DNA of 64,000 bases. It comes from Squalus acanthias. Its lineage: Eukaryota. Each line of letters begins with the position of its first letter. Position 1 is the first letter of the stretch. The DNA is taken from the NCBI GenBank assembly GCA_030390025.1, contig CM059432.1:73844001-73908000 (forward strand). The letters are read 5' to 3'. The position numbers were made by a program, and so were the translations under genes. The notes below the pieces were generated by a model. That model made no database searches, was not told the DNA's origin, and saw only the letters and a program-made list of their open reading frames with translations. Shown one piece after another: positions 27,201 to 39,200 of this stretch.

Positions 27201-30200
27201 GCCCTTCTTTCAGCCATGTCTCAGTAATAGCTATATCATACTCCCACGTGTCTATCTGTGCCCTCAGCTCATCTGCTTTATTCCCTAGACTCCTTGCATT
27301 GAAGTATATACCATTTATCACTGCCAAACTCCCTTGTTGTCTATTTTCTAGCCTTTGTTTCCTCTGCCTACCAAATTCACTTACTAATTTTCTGCCTTCC
27401 ATTTCCAGCTTTGCTCTTCTCCCTTCTGAATCTACTCAGGTTCCAATCCCCCTGCCAAGCGAATTTAAACCCTCCCCAACAGCACCAGCAAACCCCCCAA
27501 CGAGGATATTGGTCCTGGTCCTGTTGAGGTGCAACCCGTCCGGCTTATACAGGGCCCACCTTCCCCTGAAATGGTCCCAATGCCTCAGGAATCTAAAGTC
27601 CTCCCTCCTGCACCATCTCTCCAGCCACACATTCATCTGCTCTATCCTCCTATTTCTATACTCATTAGCACGTGGCACCAGGAGTAATCTGGAGATTAGA
27701 ACATAAGAAATAGGAGCAGGAGTAGGCCATTTGGCCCCTCGAGCCTGCTCCGCCATTTAATGAGATCATGGCTGATCTGATCATGGTCTCAGCTTCATTT
27801 CCCTGCCCGCTCCCCATAACCCATCACTCCCTTATTGTTCAAAAATCTGTCTATCTCCACCTTAAATTCATTCAATGACCCAGCCTCCGCAGCTCTCTGG
27901 GGCAGAGAATTCCACAGATTTACGACCCTCAGAAGAAATTCCTCCTCATCTCAGTTTTAAATGGGCGACCCCTTATTCTGAAACTATGCCCCCTAGTTCT
28001 AGATTCCCCCATGAGGGGAAACATCTTCTCTGCATCTACCTTGTCGAGCCCCCTCAGTATCTTACATGTTTCAATAAGATCACCTCTTATTCTTCTAAAC
28101 TCCAATGAGTATAGGCCCAAACTGCTCAAACTTTCTTCATAAGTCAACCCCTTCATCTCAGGAATCAACCTCGTGAACCTTCTCTGAACTGTCTCCAATG
28201 CAAGTATATCCCTCCTTAAATAAGGAGACCAAAACTGTACGCAGTACTCCAGGTATGGTCTCACCAATACCCTGTACAGTTGTAGCAGGACTTCACTGCT
28301 TTTATACTCCAACTCCCTTACAATAAAGGCCAACATTCAATTTGCCTTCCTATTACTTGCTGTACCTGCATGTTAACTTTTTGTGTTTCATGCACAAGGA
28401 CCCCCAGGTCCCTCTGTACTGCAGCATTTTGTAATCTTTCTCCATTTAAATAATAATTTGCTTTTTTATTTTTCTTACCAAAAGTGGATAACCTCACACT
28501 TTCCCACATTATACTGCATCTGCCAAATGTTTGCCCACTCAATTAGCCTGTCTATATCCCTTTGCAAATTCTTTGTGTCCTCTTCACAACTTGCTTTCCC
28601 ACCTATCTTTGTATCAACAACAAATTTGGCTACATTACACTCGGTCCCTTCATCCAAGTCATTAATATAAATTGTAAATAGTTGAGGCCCCAGCACTGAT
28701 CCTTGTGGCAACCCACTAATTACCGTTGGCCAACCTGAAAATTACCCATTTATCCCGACTCTCTGTTTTCTGTTAGGTAGCCAATCCTCTATCCATGCTA
28801 ATATATTACCCCCAACCCCGTGAGCTCTTATCTTTTCAGTAACCTTTTATGTGGCACCTTATCGAATGCCTTCTGGAAATCCAAATACACCACATCAACT
28901 GGTTTCCTTTTATCCACCCTGCTCATTACATCCTCAATGAACTCCAGCAAATTTGTCAAACATGATTTCCCTTTCATAAAACCATGCTGACTCTGCTTGA
29001 CTGCATTATGATTTTCTAAATGTCCCGCTACTGCTTCCTTAATAATGGACTCCAGCATTTTCCCAATGACAGATGTTAGGCTAACTGGTCTATAGTTTCC
29101 TGCTTTCTGTCTTCCTCCCTTCTTAAATAGGGGCGTTACATTTGCGGTTTTCCAATCCGCTGGGACCTTTCCAGAATCCAGGGAATTTTGGTAGATTGCA
29201 ACCAATGCATCCACTATCTCTGCAGCCACCTCTTTTAAGACCACCTTACTACCTTTGCAGTCCTGCTATTTAATCTCTTTCCTAGCTCCCTAAACTCTGC
29301 CTGCAGGACCTCATCCCTCTTTCTGCCTATGTCGTTGGTACCGATATGGACAACGACCTCTGGCTGTTCACCCTCCCCCCTCAGAATGTCCTGCAGCCGC
29401 TCAGTGACATCCTTGACCCTGGCACCAGGGAGGCAACATAGCATCCTGGAGTCACATCTGCGGCCGCAGAAACACCTGTCTACTCCCCTAACTATCGAAT
29501 CTCCTATGACGATTGTTCTTCCACTCCTCTTCCTCCCCCCTTGTGCAGCTGAGCCATCCATGGTGCCGTGGACTTGGCTCTGGCTGCACTCCCTAGAGGA
29601 ACCATCGCCCCCACCAGTATTCAGAACTGAAAACCAGTTAGCAAGCTCAGGGAATTCTTGCCCTACCTGCCTGGTCCACCTCTTCTGTCTGACGGTCACC
29701 CATTCCCTCTCTGCCTACACACACTTAAGCTGCGGGGTGACCACCGCCTGAAATGTGCTATCCACTAAGTTCTCAGCCTCGAGGATGCACTGCAGTGACT
29801 CCAGCCATCGCTCAAGCTCCGAAACCCGGAGCTCGAGCTGCTGTAGCTGACGACACTTCCCGCACACGTGGTCATCCAGGCCACGAAAAGCGTCCAGGAC
29901 TTCCCACATGGCACAGGATGTGCATTCCACGGGGCTGAGCTGCCCTGCCATGCCTTTACTTTGTAGACTATTAACTAGAAACACTTACCAGCTACTCACC
30001 AATCGCTCCTTCCCTGGTTGTGACATCACTGTAGCTGTTGTGCAGTAGTTGCTTTTGTTGCTTTTAAGTACTGCCACCGCTGATACCACCTCCAATTAGG
30101 TCAGTGTTCGTTAAGAGTCGCAATCAGTGAGGGAAAGTGAGTTTTGCCCACGATCCGATTGAGATCAGAGGGTGGGAGAGAATAAAGGGAAATCCTAACC

Positions 30201-33200
30201 TGAGAGTCCACGGATCCGGGCCCCGAGCGGAGCTTCTTCAGTACCGAAGTCTGAAGCCACAGCTAATAGACTGGCCCAGAGGAGTATGACCACCCTCCCC
30301 CTTCGATATGGATAAGCACAAAATTTACTATTTATTTTAGTGAGTTTCGAAAACCCTGGGATCTTGTCATCAGTGTCAGATATTCCAGCTAAGCCACTCA
30401 TTACCATGATTTAAAAAGGAGCTTAATTGAGATGTTCCCACTTTAAAAGTTGGTCTAGTGAACAGGTGGCCCTGTTTAAAAGGGAACCTAATTAAGTGAC
30501 TGACTCCAAAGTCAACGTGACCTTTTTAGTGTTCCATAAATGCAGAACAAATTACGACTTCCAGCTGCCAGATCAAATAAGTACAAATTCAAGGCTGCAA
30601 AATCAAGGACAGTCAGAAACATAATTTGTTCTTTACTTGCTCTTTATTAAGAAAAAAAATTAATGTTTGTCCATTTGAAAAGGAAATATGTTCAAAATCT
30701 TCTGGCCTTCAAGTTGTGATACCGAGTGCAAGGACCCCACAACTCTTTGGAGACCTCCCCTTCCCCTCCCCCCAGGCAAAGAGAGCCCAGTGGATAAACA
30801 GGCTGAAGTACTGAACTAATGCTCAAGAATCCAAGAACATTTTTAGGGGGTGGGGTGGGGTAGGAGGAGGAGGCAGCCCAAAAAAGTTACAGCACAATAC
30901 AAAGCTACCCAGGATTCAGCATCTAATTCCTCACTACGAACTGAGAAATACAATACCTGTGTAGGGAATGCTAAACAGGATATTATTCTGAGAATAGCAA
31001 AATACTGCGGATGCTGGAAATCCAAAATAACAACAGAAAACGCTGGAAAAACTCAGCAGGCCAGGCAACATCCATGGAGAGAGAAACAGAGTTAACGTTT
31101 CAGGTCGAAACCCTTCGTCGGAACTGAGAACAGAGCAGGAAATTAAACAGATAAAAATGCAAGGGGGAGGCTGGGGGGTAGGAATAAAAGAACAAAAGGG
31201 GTGGTCTATGGTAAGTAGAGACATTAAGAGATGTTCAAGGCAAGACGAGATGGTAATAGGACAGGTTAAGAAACAAAAGGTGAGGTGTGAAATACTGGCA
31301 GAATGAGAGACAGCTGCCGTAGGGGGAGAGAGAGAAAAAAAAAGGAAAAAGGCACGGACCAAAAGGGTGGATAAAATGTATATATGTGTGGTAGGGGCCG
31401 AGGTTATGATCTGAAATTGTTGAACTCAATATTGAGTCCGGAAGGCTGTAAAGTGCCTAAATGAAAGATGAGGTGCTGTTCCTCGAGCTTACGCTGAGCT
31501 TCCGTGGAACAATGCACGAGGCCGAGGACGGTGAGGTCTGAGTGGGCGTGGAGAGGTGAATTAAAATGACAAGCGACCGGAAGCTCGGGGTCACCCTTAC
31601 AGACTTATTCTGAGAAGCCTTTTGAGCTACTTGGATAGGACAGCATAATGAATGTTCAACACTAGTAAAAACCAAAAAGAAGATAGATTACTGACACTCC
31701 ATAATACATCAAGATACCTTTTAGGGTTTGATATTTTTCTTATTTTCAGCTGGGAAAACTATACAATTTTCAAAGGGGTATTCTCAAACTTCCTGCACAA
31801 CACTAACCATTCACAAATATCTACTTTGGTCTGGCACTTACCTCCATGGGAAATGCTTTAAAATTAACAGTATGTTCAGAGCCACGCTGGTTCTCTTTAC
31901 CCCAGTGAAATCGAACTTCATGCAATTCATATTCATGATTGCCAAGCAACGGGCCACCAGTTAAAACTGCAACAGATCAACAAAATAATTTTACAAATTT
32001 TATAAATTAAGAGTAACGTAGAATTTAAGTTGTCTGTACACATTAGATTTTTCACAAAATATGTTTACTTCACTGCATTTTCATTTACAGTGCAGCCATC
32101 CTTAGTGAACACAGGTTGATATGTAACCCCACTATTTAAGAAAGGAGGGAGAGAGAAAATGGGGAACTACAGACCAGTTAGCCTGACATCAGTAGTAGGG
32201 AAAATGCTAGAATCTATTATTAAAGATGTGGTAACAGGGCATTTAGAAAATAATAGTAGGATTGGGCAGAGTCAACACTTTATGAAAGGGAAATCATGTT
32301 TGACAAATCTGTTGGAGTTATTTGAGGTTTTAACTAGCAGAATAGATAAGGGGAAAACCAGTGGATGTGGTGTATTTGGATTTTCAGAAGGCATTCGATA
32401 AGGTGCCTCACAAGAGGTCATTAAACAAAATTAGGGCTCATGGGATCGGGGGTAATATACTAGCATGGACTGAGATTGGTTAACGGACAGAAAACAGAGA
32501 GTAGGAATAAACGGGTCATTTTCAGGTTGGCTGGCTGTAACTAGTGGAGTACCACAAGGATCAGTGGTTGGGCCTCAGCTATTCACCATCTATATCAATG
32601 ATTTGGATGAGGTGACCAAATGTAATATATCCAAGTTTGCTGATGATACAAAGCTAGATGGGAATGTAAGTTATGAGGAGGATGCAAAGAGGCTTCAAGG
32701 GGATAGACAGGCTAAGTGAGTGGGCAAGAACATGGCAAATGGAATATAATGTGGAGAAATGTGAAGTTATCCACTTTGGTAGGAAAAATAGAAAAGCAGA
32801 GTATTTTTTAAATGGAGAGAGATTGGGAAATGTTGGTGTTCAGAGGGACCTGGGTGTCCTTGTACACAAATCACTGAAAGTTAACATGCAGATACAGCAA
32901 GCAATTAAGAAAGCAAATGGTATGTTGGCCTTTATTACAAGAGGATTTGAGTATAAGAGTAAGGACATCTTACTGCAATTATATAGGGCCCTGGTGAGAC
33001 CACACCTGGAGTGCTGTGTACACTTTTGGTCTCCTTGCCCAAGGAAGAATATACTTGCCATAGAGGGAGTGCAACAAAGGTTCACCAGACTGGTTCCTGG
33101 GATGGGGGGATTGTCCTATGAGGAGAGATTGAGTAGACTAGACCTATATTCTCTAGAGTTTAGAAGAATGAGAGGTAATCTCATTGAAACATACAAAATT

Positions 33201-36200
33201 CTTACAGGGCTTGGCAAGGTAGATGCAGGGAGGATGTTTCCCCTGGCTGGGGAGTCTAGAACCAGGGGTCAGTCTCAGAATAAGGGGTCGGCCATTTAGG
33301 ACTGAGATGAGGAGAAATGTCTTCACTCAGAGGGTGGTGAATCTTTGGAATTCTCTACCCCAGAGGGCTGTGCAGGCTCAGTCATTGAGTATATTCAAGA
33401 CAGAGATCGATAGATTTTTGGATATTAAGGGAACCAAGGGATATGGGGATAGTTCAGGAAAGTGGAGTTGAGGTACAAAATCAGCCATGATCTTATTGAA
33501 TGGCGGAACAGGCTCGATGGGCCGAATGGCCTACTCCTGCTCCTATTTCTTATATTATGATATACTTCACGTTCATTAATTTGAACTGAATTCATCAAAA
33601 GCAACATACCAAGAATAGAAGCAACACAAAAAAACTCAAAGAAGCTGCCTTTTTTACGTCATAGTGGCCTAGAAACAAAGCTCTAGTACTAGCATTGACG
33701 AAAAATGTAATCTCTGCACTCATCAGCATTAAATAGAGTTAAAAATAGTGCATTAATTAAGTGCTTTAAAATCAAAATGTGACAAAAGTAGACCAGGTAA
33801 TTAATTAATTACAGATTTTAAATCTAAATTATATACCACTCTTCTCATTAAGTATATAGAATTTTATAAAAAGCCAGAACAAATTATCTTCTGGTTTGTC
33901 ATGCCCTACTTGAATAGACATAGTTCCTCCTTTTGACACACCACATGGAAATGAGAATTCTTGTGGGATAGCTCAATCTGGATCATAAAATAGGTGAATT
34001 TTTTTTGTTCCACTTGGAGCACACCAACATGACTGCTTATCTGCCCCTTACCACAATTAATCTTCTTCTGATGGGTTTAGTGGGTGGTGCTATCCGGGAC
34101 CCAAAGTACTTGATGCTCCTTCAAGAGGCACTGCATTGTCAGAAGTGTACTCTTTTGAATGAGACATTAAACCAAGGCACCGTATACCTGCTCAGGTGGA
34201 CTTAAAAGAAACCACAGCACTATTCAAAGAAAAGCAGGGGAAGTGTCCTGGCCAACAGTAATCCCTCAACCAACAATACTAAAAAGTGTAACTGGTCTGT
34301 TGTCTTAATGTTGTTTTTGAGACCTTGCTATGCGCAAACTGGCTGCCATGTTTGCCTCCAAAGCAACAGTGATCACTCTACAAAAGTAATTAATTGGTTG
34401 TAAAGTGCTTTGGACATCCTAACAAGGTGCAACAGAATAGGTTAGTTAATAAGATTGAGTCCTGTGGGATTAGTAGGGAGATTTTGGGTTTAATAAGGAA
34501 TTGTTCCATTCTCATAGATAAAAGGTTAATATTAATGGTAGTGGTTCTGCATAGAGACCATTTACTAGCGAAGTCCCACGGGAATTGGTGTTAAGGTTAT
34601 TGCTCCTCACCTTCATTTGAATGAAGGCATCTGGGAAACTGTTGTAGAAGATACAAACATTTATGCAGGTTAGGACCTAGATGAGAAAAATAGATTACAG
34701 GTGGATGTAGATGCAATGGTGGAAATTGGCCCGGGTCGCAAATGTCATTTAACATGCATGCAGTGTTGTCCACATGGGTCGGGCCAACTCCAAGCATATG
34801 TACACCATGCAAGGTTGTGTGCTCAAGGCTATTGAGCAGGAGAAAGACCTGGGTGGTGTCGTACATTAAATTGCTGAAGGTTCGTAACTAGTGTCAAGAA
34901 ACTAATGCAAAAATATATATTAGGATGTATTGCCAGGACAACTGAATACTAAACAAAACTATACTGTATTTGTACAAAGCCATGATTAAGCCTTATTTAG
35001 AATATTGTGTTCAGTTTTAGTCTCCTCACATGGTAGGCTATTATAGAGGCCCTGAGAAAGGTTCGGAAGAGAGTTACAAGATTAATACCTAGTTCAAAGG
35101 CTTTTAGTTACCACAATAGAGTTAGAGAGCTGGGGCTCTTTACTTTTAAAAAAGTGTAGTCATCGAGGAGATTTGAATGAGGTCTTTCAAATAATGAAAG
35201 AACAAGATTAGATTCAGTTCATGTGGATTAGCTATTTGAGTTAGGGAGGTTAGTGAGGACCATGGAGCACGAGTATAAGTCCTTAAGCATAGAATTAGGT
35301 TAAATATTAGTTCTTTTCACAGAGAGTTGTCGACCTATAGAACAAGTTACCAGCTCGTGCAGTAAATGCAGATTTGCTGCAAACATTCAAAAGGAAGCTG
35401 GACAAGTTTTCTGTGTGGCCGACAGAACTATGTATAGAAGGTAGGTAGGCTTTGGGAGTCACTAGGGTTTCCTGGAATTTGTTTGATCTTCTTCGGGGGT
35501 GGGGGGGGGGGGGGGGGGGGGGGGGAGGTCAAGGAGTAATTTCCCAAAGTTTTTTCCCCCTCTTAATTGGCCCAAGGTTTTTTTCCTGATATTTTGCTGC
35601 TCCCAGGAGTTTACATAGCTGGTTGGTGGGGAAGGGGGGAGTATGGTTAGGGTCATGGTGTACATAAATTGCAGCATGGCAGTATGGGACCAGCTGGTCT
35701 TTTCTTGTGCTTCATTTTCATATGTTTGAAAGGCCTATATATATATATAAGTTCATGTTCTTTCTTTCTTGACTGTTGCTTGTGCTGCTCCATGAACAGC
35801 CACCAGGTGCTGTGATTCAAGTGGATTTTCCAGCTTTTTGCTATTTCGGGCTGCTTTGTTTTGCAAACAAGCTGATAATTAGTCCAAGTCATCTAGATTA
35901 ATATAAGTAGAGGCACCTTAACACGTTGGTTGAAATCAAATAAATACTTACTCACCCATGGGTCAGTAATTTATTCAGTGAGTAGGTGAGCCATAGTAGC
36001 AAGAAGGTCCCAGATCCTATCCCTGATCTGTGCTGATATCAGGCAGGACAGCAGCAGCAGAAGATTATTAGCCTCAATGCTCCTGGGTTAGTGTCTTTGT
36101 GTGTCACATAGGCATGTACTATGGAGCCTCAGGGCCCACATTAAATTTAAATACACATTCCTATTAATTTGCATATATCTCAAGTTGCTGATACCAGCAT

Positions 36201-39200
36201 ATCCTGGTATTACACTTGGGTTTATTCACCAGTGAGGCAACAATAGGAGAGACAGATCTCTCAAAATTGCAGGTCCTTTAAACTCAAACAGGACAACCAA
36301 CAAATAAGAAATATAAGCAGAATCAGCTCGAGCTGCCTAGGTTTCAAAGGGGTCATTGTTAGGGCTCAGAGGAGTCATGTTGGACATCCAAACATAAGTT
36401 AGGGTTTCCACTCATTTGTTATTCAGTGATCCTCGCTGGAAAAGAATATTAGGTAATGTCGTAATTGAGCATTGTTATGAAGAAAGAGTTAGCGGCTCCA
36501 GAAGAGATAGGGAAGATAGAAAGTTGGGAGGAAAAAAAATTGCCATGGAAATCATGTAACTTGGGCAGTGGGGAAGTCTACAGCAGAACCCCATTCCACC
36601 TGGTTTCCACCCCTTTCTAACCTAAATACAGATGTCGCTGTTAAGAGGGGAAAACCAAAGGGATCATGCACCTTTGCCTCACTGGTGAATAAACCCAAGT
36701 GGAACACCTGCCAGTTCCACCTAACATCCAGCTGACATACAGTATGCCTGTATGATGCAGGCATACTTGCCATACAACAGGCATAAGTCGGGCCCACAAC
36801 ATCATTTCCCAACAGCAGTCAATCTCAGAGAAATTAACCACTGTTAAGAAAATAGCAACTACACCAATTGTGACTTCAGCACAGAAAATTTGTTCTCAGG
36901 CCAGACCAGCCCATCCGCTTGCTCCCCCACCTACCCCTCCCTACAGAGCTGTAAGAAATTCCAGGCTCCTCGTGGGGTGGGTACACAGGAAGCACCATAA
37001 ATGGTGTGGGCACCAGCCCCTTTTATGTTAATGATGCTGTCTCAGGAATTTGGATGAAGTCAACGCCAGGGCAGACTGGCAGGTGGAAGTCCCACCTTGT
37101 CACAATTCTTGTGGTGCATCTGCTTGAGGAATTTTCAGGCCTATTTCTTGAGATTGGTAACTATTGCACCTTTATTTTTATATTTCTTTTATTCTGTCAT
37201 CACATAAAAACTGGTGTCACCAGTGAAGTGATGTTGCGTACCTACCACCTATATTGTTTGTGAACTCTACTACCCAACAGCTAAAGATGAATACCACCAA
37301 CATAAATGGCAACTAGTACTGCTAAGGAACTTAACAAAATTTGGCAATAACTAGAAGGGATAATCTTAAATAGTAGAAGGCATAAAGCCTTACTGTGAGC
37401 ATGAATTGAGGAATCTGGTGCAGAGGTCAATGTGCCCAATTCACAGCGCTTCTGATTTTCCAATCATTAATATTAGTGACAGCAAAGTCAGGAGGACTGA
37501 CCTCTGATCTGTGCGCCAAGTGAGTGAGGCTCCAAGCTAGGAGCCAGATTGTAAAATTACCCCAATCAATTCTATCTGATGTGTATATATTGCTAAAGAT
37601 GCAAAGCAGTAAGTGAACAGGGTTCCACTAATGCTGAAAATCTGAGATTCAATTTTTGTCTTGGACCTTAGCAACAGATTATCCTATCTATTATCAATTT
37701 CCTCTCAGAGCAACTTACTAGTTATACATCTTGTTTATTTTTTCTGCATTTATGGAACCAGATAATAGATACTGAAAAGCCACAAAACACTCTACAAGAG
37801 GACTGTAAACATTGTACCATTGTTTAAAAAAGGTGAAAGGGATAGACCAAGTAATAACATGCCAGTCAGCCTAACCTCAGTGGTGGGCAAGTTATTGGGA
37901 AAAATTCTGAGGGACAGTATTAACCGGCATTTAGAAACGCACAGATTAATCTAGGACAGTCAGCATGGATTTCTTAAGGGAAGGTCGTGTCCGACTAACT
38001 TGATTGAATTTTTTGAGGAGGTAACAAGGAGGATCGATGAGGATAGTGCATTTGATGTAGTCTACATGGATTTTAGCAAGGCTTTTGACAAGGTCCCATG
38101 TGGCAGGCTGGTCAGAAAAGTAAAAGCCCATGGGATCCAAGGGAAAGTAGCAAGTTGGATCCAAAATTGGCTCAGTGGCAGGAAGCAAAGGGTAATGGTC
38201 GACGGATGTTTTTGTGACTGGAAGGCTGTTTCCAGTGGGGTTCCGCACAGTTCAGTACTGGATCCCTAGCTTTTTGTGGTATACATCAATGATTTAAACT
38301 TCAATGTAGGGGGCATGATTATGAAGCTTGCAGATGATACAAAAATTGGCCGTGTGGTTGAAAATGAAGAAGGCTGCAGACTGCAGTAAGATATCAGTAG
38401 AGTGGTCAGGTGAGCAGAAAAGTGGCAAATGGAATTCAATCCGGAGAAGTGTGAGGTAATGCATTTGTGGAGGGCTAACAAGGCAAGGGAATACACATTA
38501 AATGGTAGGATACAGAGAAGTGTAGAGGAGCAAAGGGACCTTGGAGTGCATGTCCACAGATTCCTGAAGGTAGCAAGACAGGTAGATAAGGTGGTCAAGA
38601 AGGCATACGGGATACTTTCCTTTATTAGCCGATGCATCTAACATAAGAGCAGGGGGTTATGCTTGAACTGTATAAAACACTAGTTAGGCCACAGCTAGAG
38701 TACTGCATGCAGTTCTGGTCACCACATTACAGGAAGGATGTGCTTGCACTAGAGAAGGTACAGAGGAGATTTACAAGAATGTTGCCAGGACTGGAGAATT
38801 TTAGCTATGAGGAAAGATTGGATAGGCTGGGGTTGTTTTCTTTGGAATAGAGGAGGCTATGGGGAAATTTAATTGAGGTGGATAAAATTATGGAGGAGCC
38901 TAGATAGAGTGGATAGGAAGGACCTATTTCCCTTAGCAGAGAGGTCACTAACCAGGGGGCATAGATTTAAAGTAATTGGTAGAAGGATTAGAGGGGAGTT
39001 GAGGAGAACTTTTTTCACCCAGAGAGTGGTGGGGGTCTGGAACTCACTGTCTGAATGGGTGGTAGAGGCAGAAACCCTCATCGCATTTAAAAAGTTCTTG
39101 GATATGCACTTGAAGTGCCATAACCTACAGGGCTATGGACCAAGAGCTGGAAAGTGGGATGCGGCTGGCACAGTCACAATGGGCCGAATGGCCTCCTTCT

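Larger units (their letters stand above)
26445..30010 (-). mobile_element. 5' half of a CR1 LINE: ORF1 (Zn finger/coiled coil + SGNH esterase) and ORF2 AP-endonuclease, with two nested insertions
   Basis: [56 protein letters not shown]1 rejoins across 27699-29243 as TAKVV|ISRLL. Confidence 0.88.

Noticed and set aside
35501..35525. Long G homopolymers (also ~39986-40007)
   Set aside because: Simple low-complexity runs whose length is unreliable in assemblies; no supporting structure.
36880..37145. Further faint MITE-like segments (also ~25215, ~40670-40890, ~57090-57440, ~62410)
   Set aside because: Only single TIR-like ends were seen; no convincing TIR pair with a TSD.
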